A DNA stretch of 32,000 bases. It comes from Opitutales bacterium. Lineage in GTDB: Bacteria; Verrucomicrobiota; Verrucomicrobiia; Opitutales; PNEW01. The notes under the pieces were generated by a model, which saw nothing but the letters and a program-made list of their open reading frames with translations, ran no database searches and was not told the origin of the DNA. The DNA is taken from contig CBDCNV010000001.1 in NCBI GenBank assembly GCA_965219535.1, positions 510,001-542,000 of the forward strand, read 5' to 3'. Of the stretch, positions 16,221 through 24,752 are shown piece after piece (positions within the stretch are counted from its first letter, which is position 1; every line of letters begins with the position of its first letter). Both the position numbers and the translations under genes were made by a program.

Positions 16221-17677
16221 AAATTAATAAATTATTTTTAACCGAGAAAAGTATCTTTTGGAAAACAGGGGCCATCGTAGCTCTTGTCATAGGAGGCTAT
16301 ATCATGGGTCGGTTGTCTGATGAACATGATGATGAAATTGAAGATGCCCACCTCCATGATGAAACGGCTACCCATGAAGTCGCGAATGTCGCAACGACAT
16401 GGTCCTGTTCAATGCATCCGCAAATAAATCAGCCCAATCCGGGAAACTGTCCTATTTGTGGAATGGATTTAATACCAGTTGAGACCGCTGATGATTCTGA
16501 AGGAATTCCCGGTATCCTTACTTTATCCAAGGCAGCAAAAAAATTGGCTAAAATTGAAACCGTAGCAGTTGAGAGACGTTACCCAACAGCGAAAATAAGT
16601 ATGGTTGGGATGATAGAATATGATGAAACCCGTTTAAGATCAATCACCGCTCGCTTTCCGGCTCGGGTTGACCGGCTTTATGTAGATTATGAAGGGATTC
16701 GCGTTAATATTGGGGACCATCTTGCTCTTGTTTACAGCCCGGAACTGTTAACGGCACAAAGTGAGCTGCTCGCCGCACTAAAATATGATCCTGAGGGAGC
16801 GTCAACTCAAGTGGCGCGTGAGAAATTGAGACTTTGGGGATTATCAGCGCAACAAATTATAGAAATAGAAGAGCGTGGTAATGCATCTGATCAAGTGCAG
16901 ATCAATGCACCCCTGGAGGGTATTGTCATAGAAAAAAATGTCAAAGAAGGGGATTACCTGCAAACGGGAACAGGTTTCTTTAAAATTGCCGACCTGGCTA
17001 AGCTCTGGGTTTTCCTCGATGCCTTTGAGTCTGACATAGCATGGATACGTTATGGGCAGCAAGTTACCTTTGAGGTTGAAGCTTATCCGGGAGAAATTTT
17101 TCATGGGATAATCGCTTTTATCAATCCCGTCATGGATCGTGATACGCGTACCATAAAAATTAGGGTTAATGTTACAAATGATGATGGTCGACTTAAACCC
17201 GGAATGTTTGTTCGCGCCTCTGTCAATTCAAGTATTGCTGATGGGGGTAAGGTCCTAAGTATGGATCTTGCCAATAAATGGATAGGTCCCATGCATCCGG
17301 AAATTGTGAAAGAGGGTCCTGGTAATTGTAATATATGTGGGATGCCTCTCGTTAGAGCTGAAGCGCTCGGCTATATTGAAGCAAAAGAGAATGTCACGGC
17401 TCCCCTTGTCGTGCCAACAAAAGCTGTTCTGCGAACCGGCAAACGGGCCATTGTTTATGTAGAGTTACCGGACCTGGATAAACCAACTTATGAGGGACGT
17501 GAAATTACTCTCGGGTCACGGGCGGATGATGTGTTCATCGTTAAGGAAGGGCTTATGGCAGGAGAACGTGTCGTTGTTAACGGTAACTTCAAAATTGACA
17601 GTGCCCTGCAGATCCAGGCTAAACCGAGCATGATGAATCCAGAAGGCGGGAGTCCCATGCCGGGCCACGACCACTGA
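16217..17677 (+). CDS. cusB: RND efflux periplasmic adaptor (CusB-like) with two Cys-ribbon heavy-metal-binding motifs
   Basis: Order of elements: N-terminal TM; acidic/His tract (EHDDEIEDAHLHDETATHE); WSCSMHPQINQPNPGNCPICGMDL; MFP lipoyl/beta-barrel core (..INAPLEGIVIEKNVKEGDYL.., GEIFHGIIAFINPVMDRDTRTIKIRV). A second motif, GPMHPEIVKEGPGNCNICGMPL, is inserted before the C-terminal domain. The protein ends in PMPGHDH. Confidence 0.85.
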   Translation: MKINKLFLTEKSIFWKTGAIVALVIGGYIMGRLSDEHDDEIEDAHLHDETATHEVANVATTWSCSMHPQINQPNPGNCPICGMDLIPVETADDSEGIPGILTLSKAAKKLAKIETVAVERRYPTAKISMVGMIEYDETRLRSITARFPARVDRLYVDYEGIRVNIGDHLALVYSPELLTAQSELLAALKYDPEGASTQVAREKLRLWGLSAQQIIEIEERGNASDQVQINAPLEGIVIEKNVKEGDYLQTGTGFFKIADLAKLWVFLDAFESDIAWIRYGQQVTFEVEAYPGEIFHGIIAFINPVMDRDTRTIKIRVNVTNDDGRLKPGMFVRASVNSSIADGGKVLSMDLANKWIGPMHPEIVKEGPGNCNICGMPLVRAEALGYIEAKENVTAPLVVPTKAVLRTGKRAIVYVELPDLDKPTYEGREITLGSRADDVFIVKEGLMAGERVVVNGNFKIDSALQIQAKPSMMNPEGGSPMPGHDH

Positions 17678-17737
17678 AGTGATCACTCGAACTTAAAGAC
17701 GCACCGTAATCAAAACTAACCAGGGTAAGGTATCGTT

Positions 17738-20700
17738 ATGGCAAATGGAGAAAAATCACTGTCACTTGTAAACAGGGTAATACGTTACTGTCTGGAAAAT
17801 AAGCTGGTCGTCTTTCTCGTTACCTTGTTTCTGATTGCCTGGGGAATCCTGGTAGCACCTTTTGATTGGGATATACCCGGATTAATTCGCTCTCCCGTCC
17901 CCGTAGATGCCATACCTGACATCGGTGAAAATCAACAGATAGTCTATACTGAATGGCATGGGCGCTCACCTCAAGATGTGGAAGACCAGATTACTTATCC
18001 CCTTACTACCGCTCTGCTCGGATTGCCGGAAGTTAAGACCATTCGCAGCTTCTCCAACTTTGGATTTTCCACTGTCTATATCATATTCCGGGAACGGGCA
18101 GAGTATTATTGGACACGCAGTCGTATTCTGGAAAAATTAAACAGCCTTCCAGCAGGCATGCTACCCGAAGGTGTGCAACCGACGCTTGGACCCGATGCAA
18201 CAGCATTAGGACAGGTCTTTTGGTATACCCTTGAAGGACGCGACGAAAAGGGTAACCCCGCTGGGGGTTGGGACTTACAGGAACGGCGTAGTGTTCAGGA
18301 CTGGTATGTTCGCTATGGGCTGCAAGGTGTCGATGGTGTAGCGGAGGTGGCTTCTATTGGAGGTTTTGTCAAGGAGTATCAGATCGATGTCGATCCCGAT
18401 GCAATGCGGGCATACGGCGTTACCCTGGACCAGGTCTACAACGCCGTTCGCAGTTCAAACATCGATGTTGGAGCGCGCACCCTTGAATTGAATAAAGTTG
18501 AATATGTCATACGGGGATTGGGGTTTGTGAAAGGAATTGATGACCTGCGTAAAACCGTAGTTAAAGTATATGATAATGTTCCCATAACGCTTGAACAGAT
18601 CGCAGAGGTCGAACTGGGTCCTGCCATTCGGCGTGGGGTTCTTGACAAGGAAGGGGTGGAAGCTGTTGGCGGTGTTGCCGTGATTCGTTTTGGGGAAAAT
18701 CCTCTGGCTGTTATCAAACGTATAAAAGAAAAAATTCAATCGATCTCTCACGGCCTTCCTGAAAAAGTCCTGGCCGATGGAAAGGTCAGTAAATTGGCAA
18801 TTGTTCCTTTCTATGATCGCACGGGTCTAATCAATGAGACCCTGGGCACTTTGGAAACAGCGGTCGGCCAGCAGATACTAATTACCATTATCGTGGTCGT
18901 GGTGATGATTATGCATTTACGTAGTTCATTCATGATTTCCGTGGTATTGCCGATTGCCGTGCTCTTCACTTTCATCGGCATGAAACTTTTTGGAGTAGAT
19001 GCCAATGTCGTTGCTTTGTCTGGTATCGCTATCGCGATTGGATCGATTGTTGATATGGGCATCGTGATGAGTGAAAACATTCTCAAACATCTGGATCGTG
19101 CCGAACCCGATGAAAATCGCCTGGAAATAATATTCAGAGCAAGTTCGGAAGTCGGCGGAGCAATCTTGACCGCAGTTCTCACTACGGTGATCAGCTTCCT
19201 GCCGGTTTTTGCGATGGAGGGAGCGGAAGGTAAACTATTTAAACCACTGGCTTATACAAAAACTTTTGCTCTCATTGCTTCAATTATTATAGCACTGACT
19301 ATAATTCCTCCTCTTGCCCATTCACTTATGTCTGGACGACTGCGTTCGGATTGGTTGAAAAAAAGTTTTTATTCAGGGCTCATTCTTCTCGGATTTATCT
19401 TGCCCATTTTTATTCAGATGATGCCCTGGTGGTCAGGGGGAATTTTTGTTGTCATTGGTGTTCTTAACCTGGCAGAGGGTTATATACCTGAAAAATTTCA
19501 TGAGGCCCTGTCACAAGGATTAAATTATGTAATCGCGCTTATCGTGTCAGTTTATCTCGCCTTTTTCTGGTCGCCGCTCGGTCCAGAAAAAGGAGTCCTC
19601 AACGTTTTTTTTGTCATCCTCATAATCAGCGTGCTCCTGGGATTATTCTATCTCTTTATAAGGAGTTATGCCCTCATCCTTCAGTATATTCTTAATTATA
19701 AGAGCGCATTTCTTCTGCTCGTAGTGAGTATTGTCCTTTGTGGTGGAATTATCTGGCTGGGTTTTGGAACCGTATTTGGCTTTACCCCTGGATTTATAAA
19801 AAAAACTAAACCCTGGAATGCATTGCATCATACCTTCCCTGGGTTGGGAAAAGAGTTCATGCCTCCTCTTGATGAAGGGGCTTATCTTTTTATGCCAATG
19901 ACCATGCCCCACGCTTCTCTGGGTGAATCTCTCGATGTCCTTCAAATCCAGGATATGGCCATACGCTCAATTCCTGAAATCGACAGTGTCGTTGGGAAAA
20001 TAGGCCGTGTCGAAAGCTCCCTCGATCCCGCTCCAATTTCCATGGTGGAGACGGTTGTAAACTATAAACCTGAATATATTGTCGATGATGATGGGAGATG
20101 GCTGAAATTTAAATACGACAATAAAACGCGAACCTATATGCGCAATGCCAAGGGTGAACTTATCGAGGATAGAAATGGCAGGCCCTTCAGGCAGTGGCGT
20201 GATGAAATTAAATCAACGGATGACATTTGGAATGAAATTGTGAAAGTCTCTGCCGTGCCAGGGACAACATCAGCATCAAAGCTCCAACCCATTGCAGCCC
20301 GGATTGTCATGCTCCAAAGCGGCATGCGAGCCCCCATGGGTCTCAAGATCTACGGTCCGGATTTGCAAATGCTTGAGAAAATCGGTTTTGATATAGAAAA
20401 ACTGCTCCTTAACGTTCCCTCTATTGAACCTACCACAGTTTTTGCGGATCGTGTCGTCGGAAAACCATACCTCGAGATCGAGATCGATCGCGAGGCTATT
20501 GCCCGCTATGGAATGAGCATTCGCCAGGTGCAGGATGTGATTGAGGTGGCTATAGGGGGAAAGAAAATAACGACTTCGGTGGAAGGGCGTGAACGGTATC
20601 CCATTCGCATACGTTATCTGCGTGAATTGCGCGATGATATAGAAAGCATTACAAAAATTCTAGTGCCCGCTGCAAATGGTGCGCAGATTCCCCTCGGGCA

Positions 20701-21514
20701 ACTGGCAAATATTAACTATCTGCGCGGCCCACAGGTAATTAAAAGTGAAGATAATTTTCTTGTTGGGTACGTTATCTTCGATAAAAAGCCGGGCTTTGCT
20801 GAAGTAGACGTTGTTGAACAAGCGCGCGCATACCTCGATGAGAAAAGAATTTCAGGTGAACTTTTCATTCCCCCGGGTGCGAGTTATAAATTTACCGGTA
20901 GTTACGAGAGCCAGGTAAGGGCGGAAAAAAAACTGCGTCTGATATTGCCTATAGCCCTATTGGCAATTTTTCTAATTATCTACTTTCGGTTTAAGACCGT
21001 TGCGACAACGCTCATGGTTTTCTCAGGCATCATCGTTGCCTGGTCGGGTGGTTTTATCATGATCTGGCTCTATAACCAGGATTGGTTTCTCAACTTTTCA
21101 CTTTTTGGGACGGGTATGCGGGAACTTTTCCAGATTAATCCGATTAATCTAAGTGTTGCGGTCTGGGTAGGCTTTCTCGCCCTCTTTGGCATCGCCACGG
21201 ACGATGGGGTAATTATAGGGACTTATCTTCAGCAGGTTTTTGAAGAAAATAAACCCGGCGATATTGAAGCTATAAGAAAAGCCACGGTCTTCGCCGGTGT
21301 GAGAAGAATCCGGCCAGCGATGATGACTGCGGGAACTACCATTTTAGCACTTCTTCCTGTACTTACATCAACAGGGAGAGGATCAGATGTTATGGTGCCC
21401 ATGGCGATCCCTACCTTCGGCGGCATGATCTTGGCAATCATTACCGTATTAGTTGTCCCTGTTCTTTACTGTTCAGTTGCTGAATTAAAAGTTAAGGTAA
21501 ATAAATTTATTTAG
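17738..21514 (+). CDS. cusA: CusA-type heavy-metal (Cu/Ag) RND efflux pump, unusually long (1258 aa)
   Basis: HME-RND architecture. TM4 reads GIAIAIGSIVDMGIVMSEN, which resembles E. coli CusA [20 protein letters not shown] rather than the CzcA D-x-x-D type. Met residues are present at positions matching the CusA three-Met Cu(I) site contexts (LFMPMT, PISMVET, RIVMLQSG). Extra segments are described in findings. Confidence 0.9.
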   Translation: MANGEKSLSLVNRVIRYCLENKLVVFLVTLFLIAWGILVAPFDWDIPGLIRSPVPVDAIPDIGENQQIVYTEWHGRSPQDVEDQITYPLTTALLGLPEVKTIRSFSNFGFSTVYIIFRERAEYYWTRSRILEKLNSLPAGMLPEGVQPTLGPDATALGQVFWYTLEGRDEKGNPAGGWDLQERRSVQDWYVRYGLQGVDGVAEVASIGGFVKEYQIDVDPDAMRAYGVTLDQVYNAVRSSNIDVGARTLELNKVEYVIRGLGFVKGIDDLRKTVVKVYDNVPITLEQIAEVELGPAIRRGVLDKEGVEAVGGVAVIRFGENPLAVIKRIKEKIQSISHGLPEKVLADGKVSKLAIVPFYDRTGLINETLGTLETAVGQQILITIIVVVVMIMHLRSSFMISVVLPIAVLFTFIGMKLFGVDANVVALSGIAIAIGSIVDMGIVMSENILKHLDRAEPDENRLEIIFRASSEVGGAILTAVLTTVISFLPVFAMEGAEGKLFKPLAYTKTFALIASIIIALTIIPPLAHSLMSGRLRSDWLKKSFYSGLILLGFILPIFIQMMPWWSGGIFVVIGVLNLAEGYIPEKFHEALSQGLNYVIALIVSVYLAFFWSPLGPEKGVLNVFFVILIISVLLGLFYLFIRSYALILQYILNYKSAFLLLVVSIVLCGGIIWLGFGTVFGFTPGFIKKTKPWNALHHTFPGLGKEFMPPLDEGAYLFMPMTMPHASLGESLDVLQIQDMAIRSIPEIDSVVGKIGRVESSLDPAPISMVETVVNYKPEYIVDDDGRWLKFKYDNKTRTYMRNAKGELIEDRNGRPFRQWRDEIKSTDDIWNEIVKVSAVPGTTSASKLQPIAARIVMLQSGMRAPMGLKIYGPDLQMLEKIGFDIEKLLLNVPSIEPTTVFADRVVGKPYLEIEIDREAIARYGMSIRQVQDVIEVAIGGKKITTSVEGRERYPIRIRYLRELRDDIESITKILVPAANGAQIPLGQLANINYLRGPQVIKSEDNFLVGYVIFDKKPGFAEVDVVEQARAYLDEKRISGELFIPPGASYKFTGSYESQVRAEKKLRLILPIALLAIFLIIYFRFKTVATTLMVFSGIIVAWSGGFIMIWLYNQDWFLNFSLFGTGMRELFQINPINLSVAVWVGFLALFGIATDDGVIIGTYLQQVFEENKPGDIEAIRKATVFAGVRRIRPAMMTAGTTILALLPVLTSTGRGSDVMVPMAIPTFGGMILAIITVLVVPVLYCSVAELKVKVNKFI

Positions 21515-21560
21515 ATTATTATAGATATCTTAGCGTGATCCCATCTAAATTCACGTGTGC

Positions 21561-21590
21561 CTCTAGCGCGAGTAGGGACGGTGATTTAAA
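21561..21590. repeat. Solo fragment related to the 24.1-24.75 kb repeat modules
   Basis: ctctagcgcg is identical to 24197-24206. The adjacent agtagggacggtg resembles gctagggacagcc (24235-24247) and ggtagggacaccg (24688-24700). It lies in the convergent gap after cusA. Confidence 0.35.
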
Positions 21591-21671
21591 CATTCAAAAA
21601 ATCTTATTCATATGTTGTATGAATATTCAGATAGAAAAGATTTAGGATAAATAAAACAAAACTAATAAACC

Positions 21672-22118
21672 TTAAAGTTTGCTAAATCTCATTTTGAGGA
21701 AGTATATCAATGAGTCCATTTGGTCTATTTCAAGTCGGCCAGCATATTCAGCCTTATCCAGATTATTTACCACTTCCGCAGGCAATTTTTTTTTCAATTT
21801 TTTTAAAGTTCTGCTTTGCTCATCAAAGGCTTTTTTAGAAACCTGATTTTCCGGTAGTTTGATTTTATTTTCATAAATCTCTTTCCCCAAATAATAGCTT
21901 TCCTCGTCAAACTTACCCCGAGGTTTTTTTGGCTTTTTCCATTTCTTAGTGCTCATCGTTCTAACCGTTGGGCTCTCACCAATGTGGGATTTATCACGTT
22001 CATAAGCGCTATTACTATTACGTCCATAGTTGTTACTACTTCCATATTGGCCGAGGCTCGGCATAGCCGGCATTACAATAATTAAAGACAAGAAAAACAG
22101 GAAAAATTTATTTTTCAT
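21672..22118 (-). CDS. Secreted Lys-rich hypothetical protein
   Basis: Signal peptide (FFLFFLSLIIVMPAMPSLGQ), then a low-complexity S/N-rich linker and a basic KKWKKPKKPRGK tract. A ~70-aa C-terminal helical region follows. No family recognised and no Cys or heme motif. Confidence 0.5.
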   Translation of the reverse strand: MKNKFFLFFLSLIIVMPAMPSLGQYGSSNNYGRNSNSAYERDKSHIGESPTVRTMSTKKWKKPKKPRGKFDEESYYLGKEIYENKIKLPENQVSKKAFDEQSRTLKKLKKKLPAEVVNNLDKAEYAGRLEIDQMDSLIYFLKMRFSKL

Positions 22119-22275
22119 TGGTTTAATGTAATTCTATTTTGAGTATGCCATTTGATACTTGAATGTAATACGTTTTATGAGAACTGTATCGCAGTTGTTT
22201 TTTAACGAATTAAAACACTATATTACATAATTTTATTCGCCTGAGTGTTACAATATTTAAAATTTAATTATAACT

Positions 22276-22983
22276 ATGCATACAATTCTGATTTATTCCG
22301 GGGGGATAGATTCTACGACTTTACTCTACCAATTGCTGGATGAGGGCCATGAGATAAAAACGCTGTCGGTGGATTACGGGCAGCGTCATCATAGGGAAAT
22401 TGTTTGTGCTAAAGACATTGCGCGATCTTTAGGAGTGGAACATGAAGTTGCGGATATAAAGGGAATCACCCATTTGCTGGGCGGCAGTAGCCTAACCTCG
22501 CCCGATATCGCGGTTCCCGATGGACACTACGAGGAGGAATCGATGAAGCAGACGATTGTCCCCAACCGTAACATGATTATGCTGGCCGTTGCCGTGGGAT
22601 GGGCGATTTCACATAAATATGACACCGTGTCTTATGCCGCACATAGCGGTGATCATGCTATATATCCTGATTGTCGTGAAGAATTTGCACAGGCATTAGA
22701 CAAATCGATTCAACTTGCAGACTGGCACCAGGTGTCGCTTCACCGACCCTTTGTAGGGATGACAAAAGCGGATATTATTACCCTGGGAACAAAACTGAAA
22801 GCTCCCTATGAAGAGACGTGGTCCTGTTATAAAGGGGGAAAACTTCACTGTGGTCGCTGCGGGACTTGCATCGAAAGACGGGAAGCTTTTTACCTCTCCA
22901 ATATCAATGATCCGACAATCTACGAGTCATCAGCTCCTTCCGTAAGCGAGTTGGTTGATAAGTGTTGGAAACTTGTAACATAA
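22276..22983 (+). CDS. queC: 7-cyano-7-deazaguanine synthase
   Basis: PP-loop LIYSGGIDSTT, and a C-terminal Zn-Cys cluster WSCY..CGRCGTCIERREAF. Confidence 0.92.
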   Translation: MHTILIYSGGIDSTTLLYQLLDEGHEIKTLSVDYGQRHHREIVCAKDIARSLGVEHEVADIKGITHLLGGSSLTSPDIAVPDGHYEEESMKQTIVPNRNMIMLAVAVGWAISHKYDTVSYAAHSGDHAIYPDCREEFAQALDKSIQLADWHQVSLHRPFVGMTKADIITLGTKLKAPYEETWSCYKGGKLHCGRCGTCIERREAFYLSNINDPTIYESSAPSVSELVDKCWKLVT

Positions 22984-23002
22984 TAGCTTACACTATTGCA
23001 CA

Positions 23003-23683
23003 ATGAAATCGTTACCTATCCACGAGTGTTTTTATACCTGGCAGGGTGAGGGTGTGCACATGGGTAAAGCGGCTTTCTTTATCAGAACATTTGGCTGTCC
23101 GGTAAAATGTCCCTGGTGTGATTCAGCTGGAACGTGGCATCCGGACTACGTTCCCGAAAAGATAGATAAATACACACCGCATGAGTTGGCGGCTTTGGCT
23201 CGAAATTACCCCTGTGAATTCGTGGTTATCACGGGTGGTGAGCCGGCTATTCACGATCTCTGTCCCTTGACGACGGCATTAAAAGAAGTGGGTTTTGTTT
23301 CTCATCTGGAAACGAGCGGAGGATTTGATCTAAAAGGAGATTTTTCCTGGATTACGGTGAGTCCAAAGTGGTGGAAAATGCCACTCAAAGAAAATATCGA
23401 ACGAGCTGATGAGATAAAAATAATCGTTGAGGATGAAACCACGATTGATCGCTGGATGGAAGAAATTGGTGATTTTATTAACGACAAACCTGTCTGGCTC
23501 AACCCCGAGTGGTCTCAACGCGACAACCCCAAGGTGCTAAATAGTATTTCAGAGAAAATAAAAAAAAGCGGAAACCCATTTCGCGCGGGCGTTCAGTTAC
23601 ATAAATTATATAATGTTGATCTTATGGATCCAAAGTCAAAACCACCTGCGCCCTTAGGTGGTAATATTGAAAAGGGATTTTAA
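23003..23683 (+). CDS. queE: 7-carboxy-7-deazaguanine synthase (radical SAM)
   Basis: FYTWQGEG..G..AFFIRTFGCPVKCPWCDS (CX14CX2C-type QueE cluster motif), then VITGGEP. Starts 19 nt after queC. Confidence 0.9.
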   Translation: MKSLPIHECFYTWQGEGVHMGKAAFFIRTFGCPVKCPWCDSAGTWHPDYVPEKIDKYTPHELAALARNYPCEFVVITGGEPAIHDLCPLTTALKEVGFVSHLETSGGFDLKGDFSWITVSPKWWKMPLKENIERADEIKIIVEDETTIDRWMEEIGDFINDKPVWLNPEWSQRDNPKVLNSISEKIKKSGNPFRAGVQLHKLYNVDLMDPKSKPPAPLGGNIEKGF

Positions 23684-23689
23684 AATACA

Positions 23690-24091
23690 ATGAACACAGA
23701 CATCGAAACATTTGATAATGCCTACCCAAATCGGGATTATACAATTCGGCACGTAGCAACGGAATTTACCTCTTTATGTCCAAAGACTGGTAATCCTGAT
23801 TTTGGGACAATTGTTCTTACCTATATACCGGATAAAATCTGCATCGAATTGAAAGCCTATAAACTTTATCTTCAGGCTTACCGTTCGGAGGGAATATTCT
23901 ATGAGGCTTTAACTAACAAAATCCTGGATGACCTCCTAAATGTCTGCCAGCCCCGTTGGATGCGCATTGAGTCGATCTGGAAGGGAAGGGGAGGAATTCG
24001 GACCGTAGTTGTCGCAGAACATAAGAGGCCCGATTATGATGGCTCCGTAATTCCGGTCTTCTCTGACGAGACAATCGCGTACCGGGAATAG
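23690..24091 (+). CDS. queF: NADPH-dependent 7-cyano-7-deazaguanine reductase (unimodular type)
   Basis: EFTSLCPKTGNPDFGTIVLTYIPDKICIELKAYKLYLQAYR carries the catalytic Cys and the QueF motif E(L/S)K-x-x-K-x-Y. Starts 6 nt after queE. Confidence 0.92.
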   Translation: MNTDIETFDNAYPNRDYTIRHVATEFTSLCPKTGNPDFGTIVLTYIPDKICIELKAYKLYLQAYRSEGIFYEALTNKILDDLLNVCQPRWMRIESIWKGRGGIRTVVVAEHKRPDYDGSVIPVFSDETIAYRE

Positions 24092-24107
24092 TGTTAAAAT
24101 TATAATC

Positions 24108-24304
24108 AAATCTTCGTCTTTGTCTCTTTTTTTTTTATTTTATGAAAATATGGCGGAACGCGCTGCCTGACCGCCATAGCCTTGGCGACGGTTGTTCTCT
24201 AGCGCGTTTAATTAAATCGTACTAGAAGAAGCGTGCTAGGGACAGCCCGCTCCACCTTTGGTTGCAAGAAATTTGATACGTATTTTAGGACGAAGACGAA
24301 GATT
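24108..24304. repeat. MITE-like module 1 (~197 bp) bounded by a 16-nt terminal inverted repeat
   Basis: Left end aatcttcgtctttgtc, right end gacgaagacgaagatt (15/16 complementary; the mismatch would be G-U in RNA). Contains a T10 run (24127-24136), the hairpin tggcgg..ccgcca (24151-24176), and the 8-bp stem aacgcgct (24157-24164) / agcgcgtt (24201-24208). Confidence 0.6.
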
Positions 24305-24322
24305 GTAGTATGTCAATTTATC

Positions 24323-24527
24323 CACCCCGGAGGGGTGTAACAAGGTAGCCCACAGCGTAAGCTGTGGGTAAATAATGAACAAATATAATAGAGCCCCAGC
24401 GGGGCGACACAACATATCCCCTGACTATACTTGTGTCGCCCCGCTGGGGCTCTGAAAATGGTTTACCCATCACCATCATACCCATTGCTTGCGCAATGGG
24501 CTAATTATGTATCGCCCCTCCCGGGGC
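24323..24527. repeat. Cluster of five GC-rich hairpins (REP/BIME-like core)
   Basis: Hairpin 1: cacccc-gga-ggggtg (24323-24337). Hairpin 2: cccacagc-gtaa-gctgtggg (24349-24368). Hairpin 3: a perfect 23-bp inverted repeat, agagccccagcggggcgacacaa (24390-24412) / ttgtgtcgccccgctggggctct (24431-24453), with an 18-nt loop. Hairpin 4: cccattgc-ttgc-gcaatggg (24481-24500). Hairpin 5: gcccc-tccc-ggggc (24514-24527). Confidence 0.65.
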
Positions 24528-24557
24528 TAGGAGAATGGTGTGCATATCTTATACAAT

Positions 24558-24752
24558 AAATCTTCGTCTTCGTCTGGCTCTTCGTCATCGTCCTAGGCCA
24601 TTTAATATAAAATTACGTCTTAATTCTACAACTCAAGATGAAGCTGGGTGATCCCGGCACTTTTTTAATTTAAACTTGGATAAACGCGGTAGGGACACCG
24701 CGTTCCACCATATATTCATAAAATAAAAACTAAAGGGACGAAGACGAAGTGA
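24558..24752. repeat. MITE-like module 2 (~195 bp), an inverted copy of module 1
   Basis: cttcgtcttcgtc (24562-24574) pairs with gacgaagacgaag (24737-24749). The reverse complement of 24697-24749 aligns with 24112-24164 at 46 of 53 positions by hand count. It contains the stem aacgcggt (24683-24690) / accgcgtt (24697-24704). Confidence 0.6.

Noticed and set aside
17958-21441. Multiple 60-123-aa ORFs overlapping cusA on both strands, for example 18436..18751 and 18811..19182. The same pattern occurs in pyrG, ppdK, hflX, proA and proS.
   Set aside because: They are alternative-frame shadows of long, confidently identified genes. None has a recognisable domain.
22119-22275. A possible preQ1 riboswitch upstream of queC. 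There is a small hairpin, aactg-tatcg-cagtt, with ..aaaacacta.. downstream and tcgcagt reminiscent of preQ1-I loops.
   Set aside because: The loop is too short at 5 nt. The A-rich tail does not follow the stem, which is followed by a T-run instead. The conserved preQ1-I layout cannot be reconstructed. An Rfam scan would settle it.
24683-24710. tRNA/tmRNA-like 3' end (..accgcgttCCACCA), and a second ..gctCCACC at 24249-24256.
   Set aside because: There is no T-loop (GTTCRANYC) and no acceptor or anticodon arm geometry. The sequence is part of the inverted-repeat modules.
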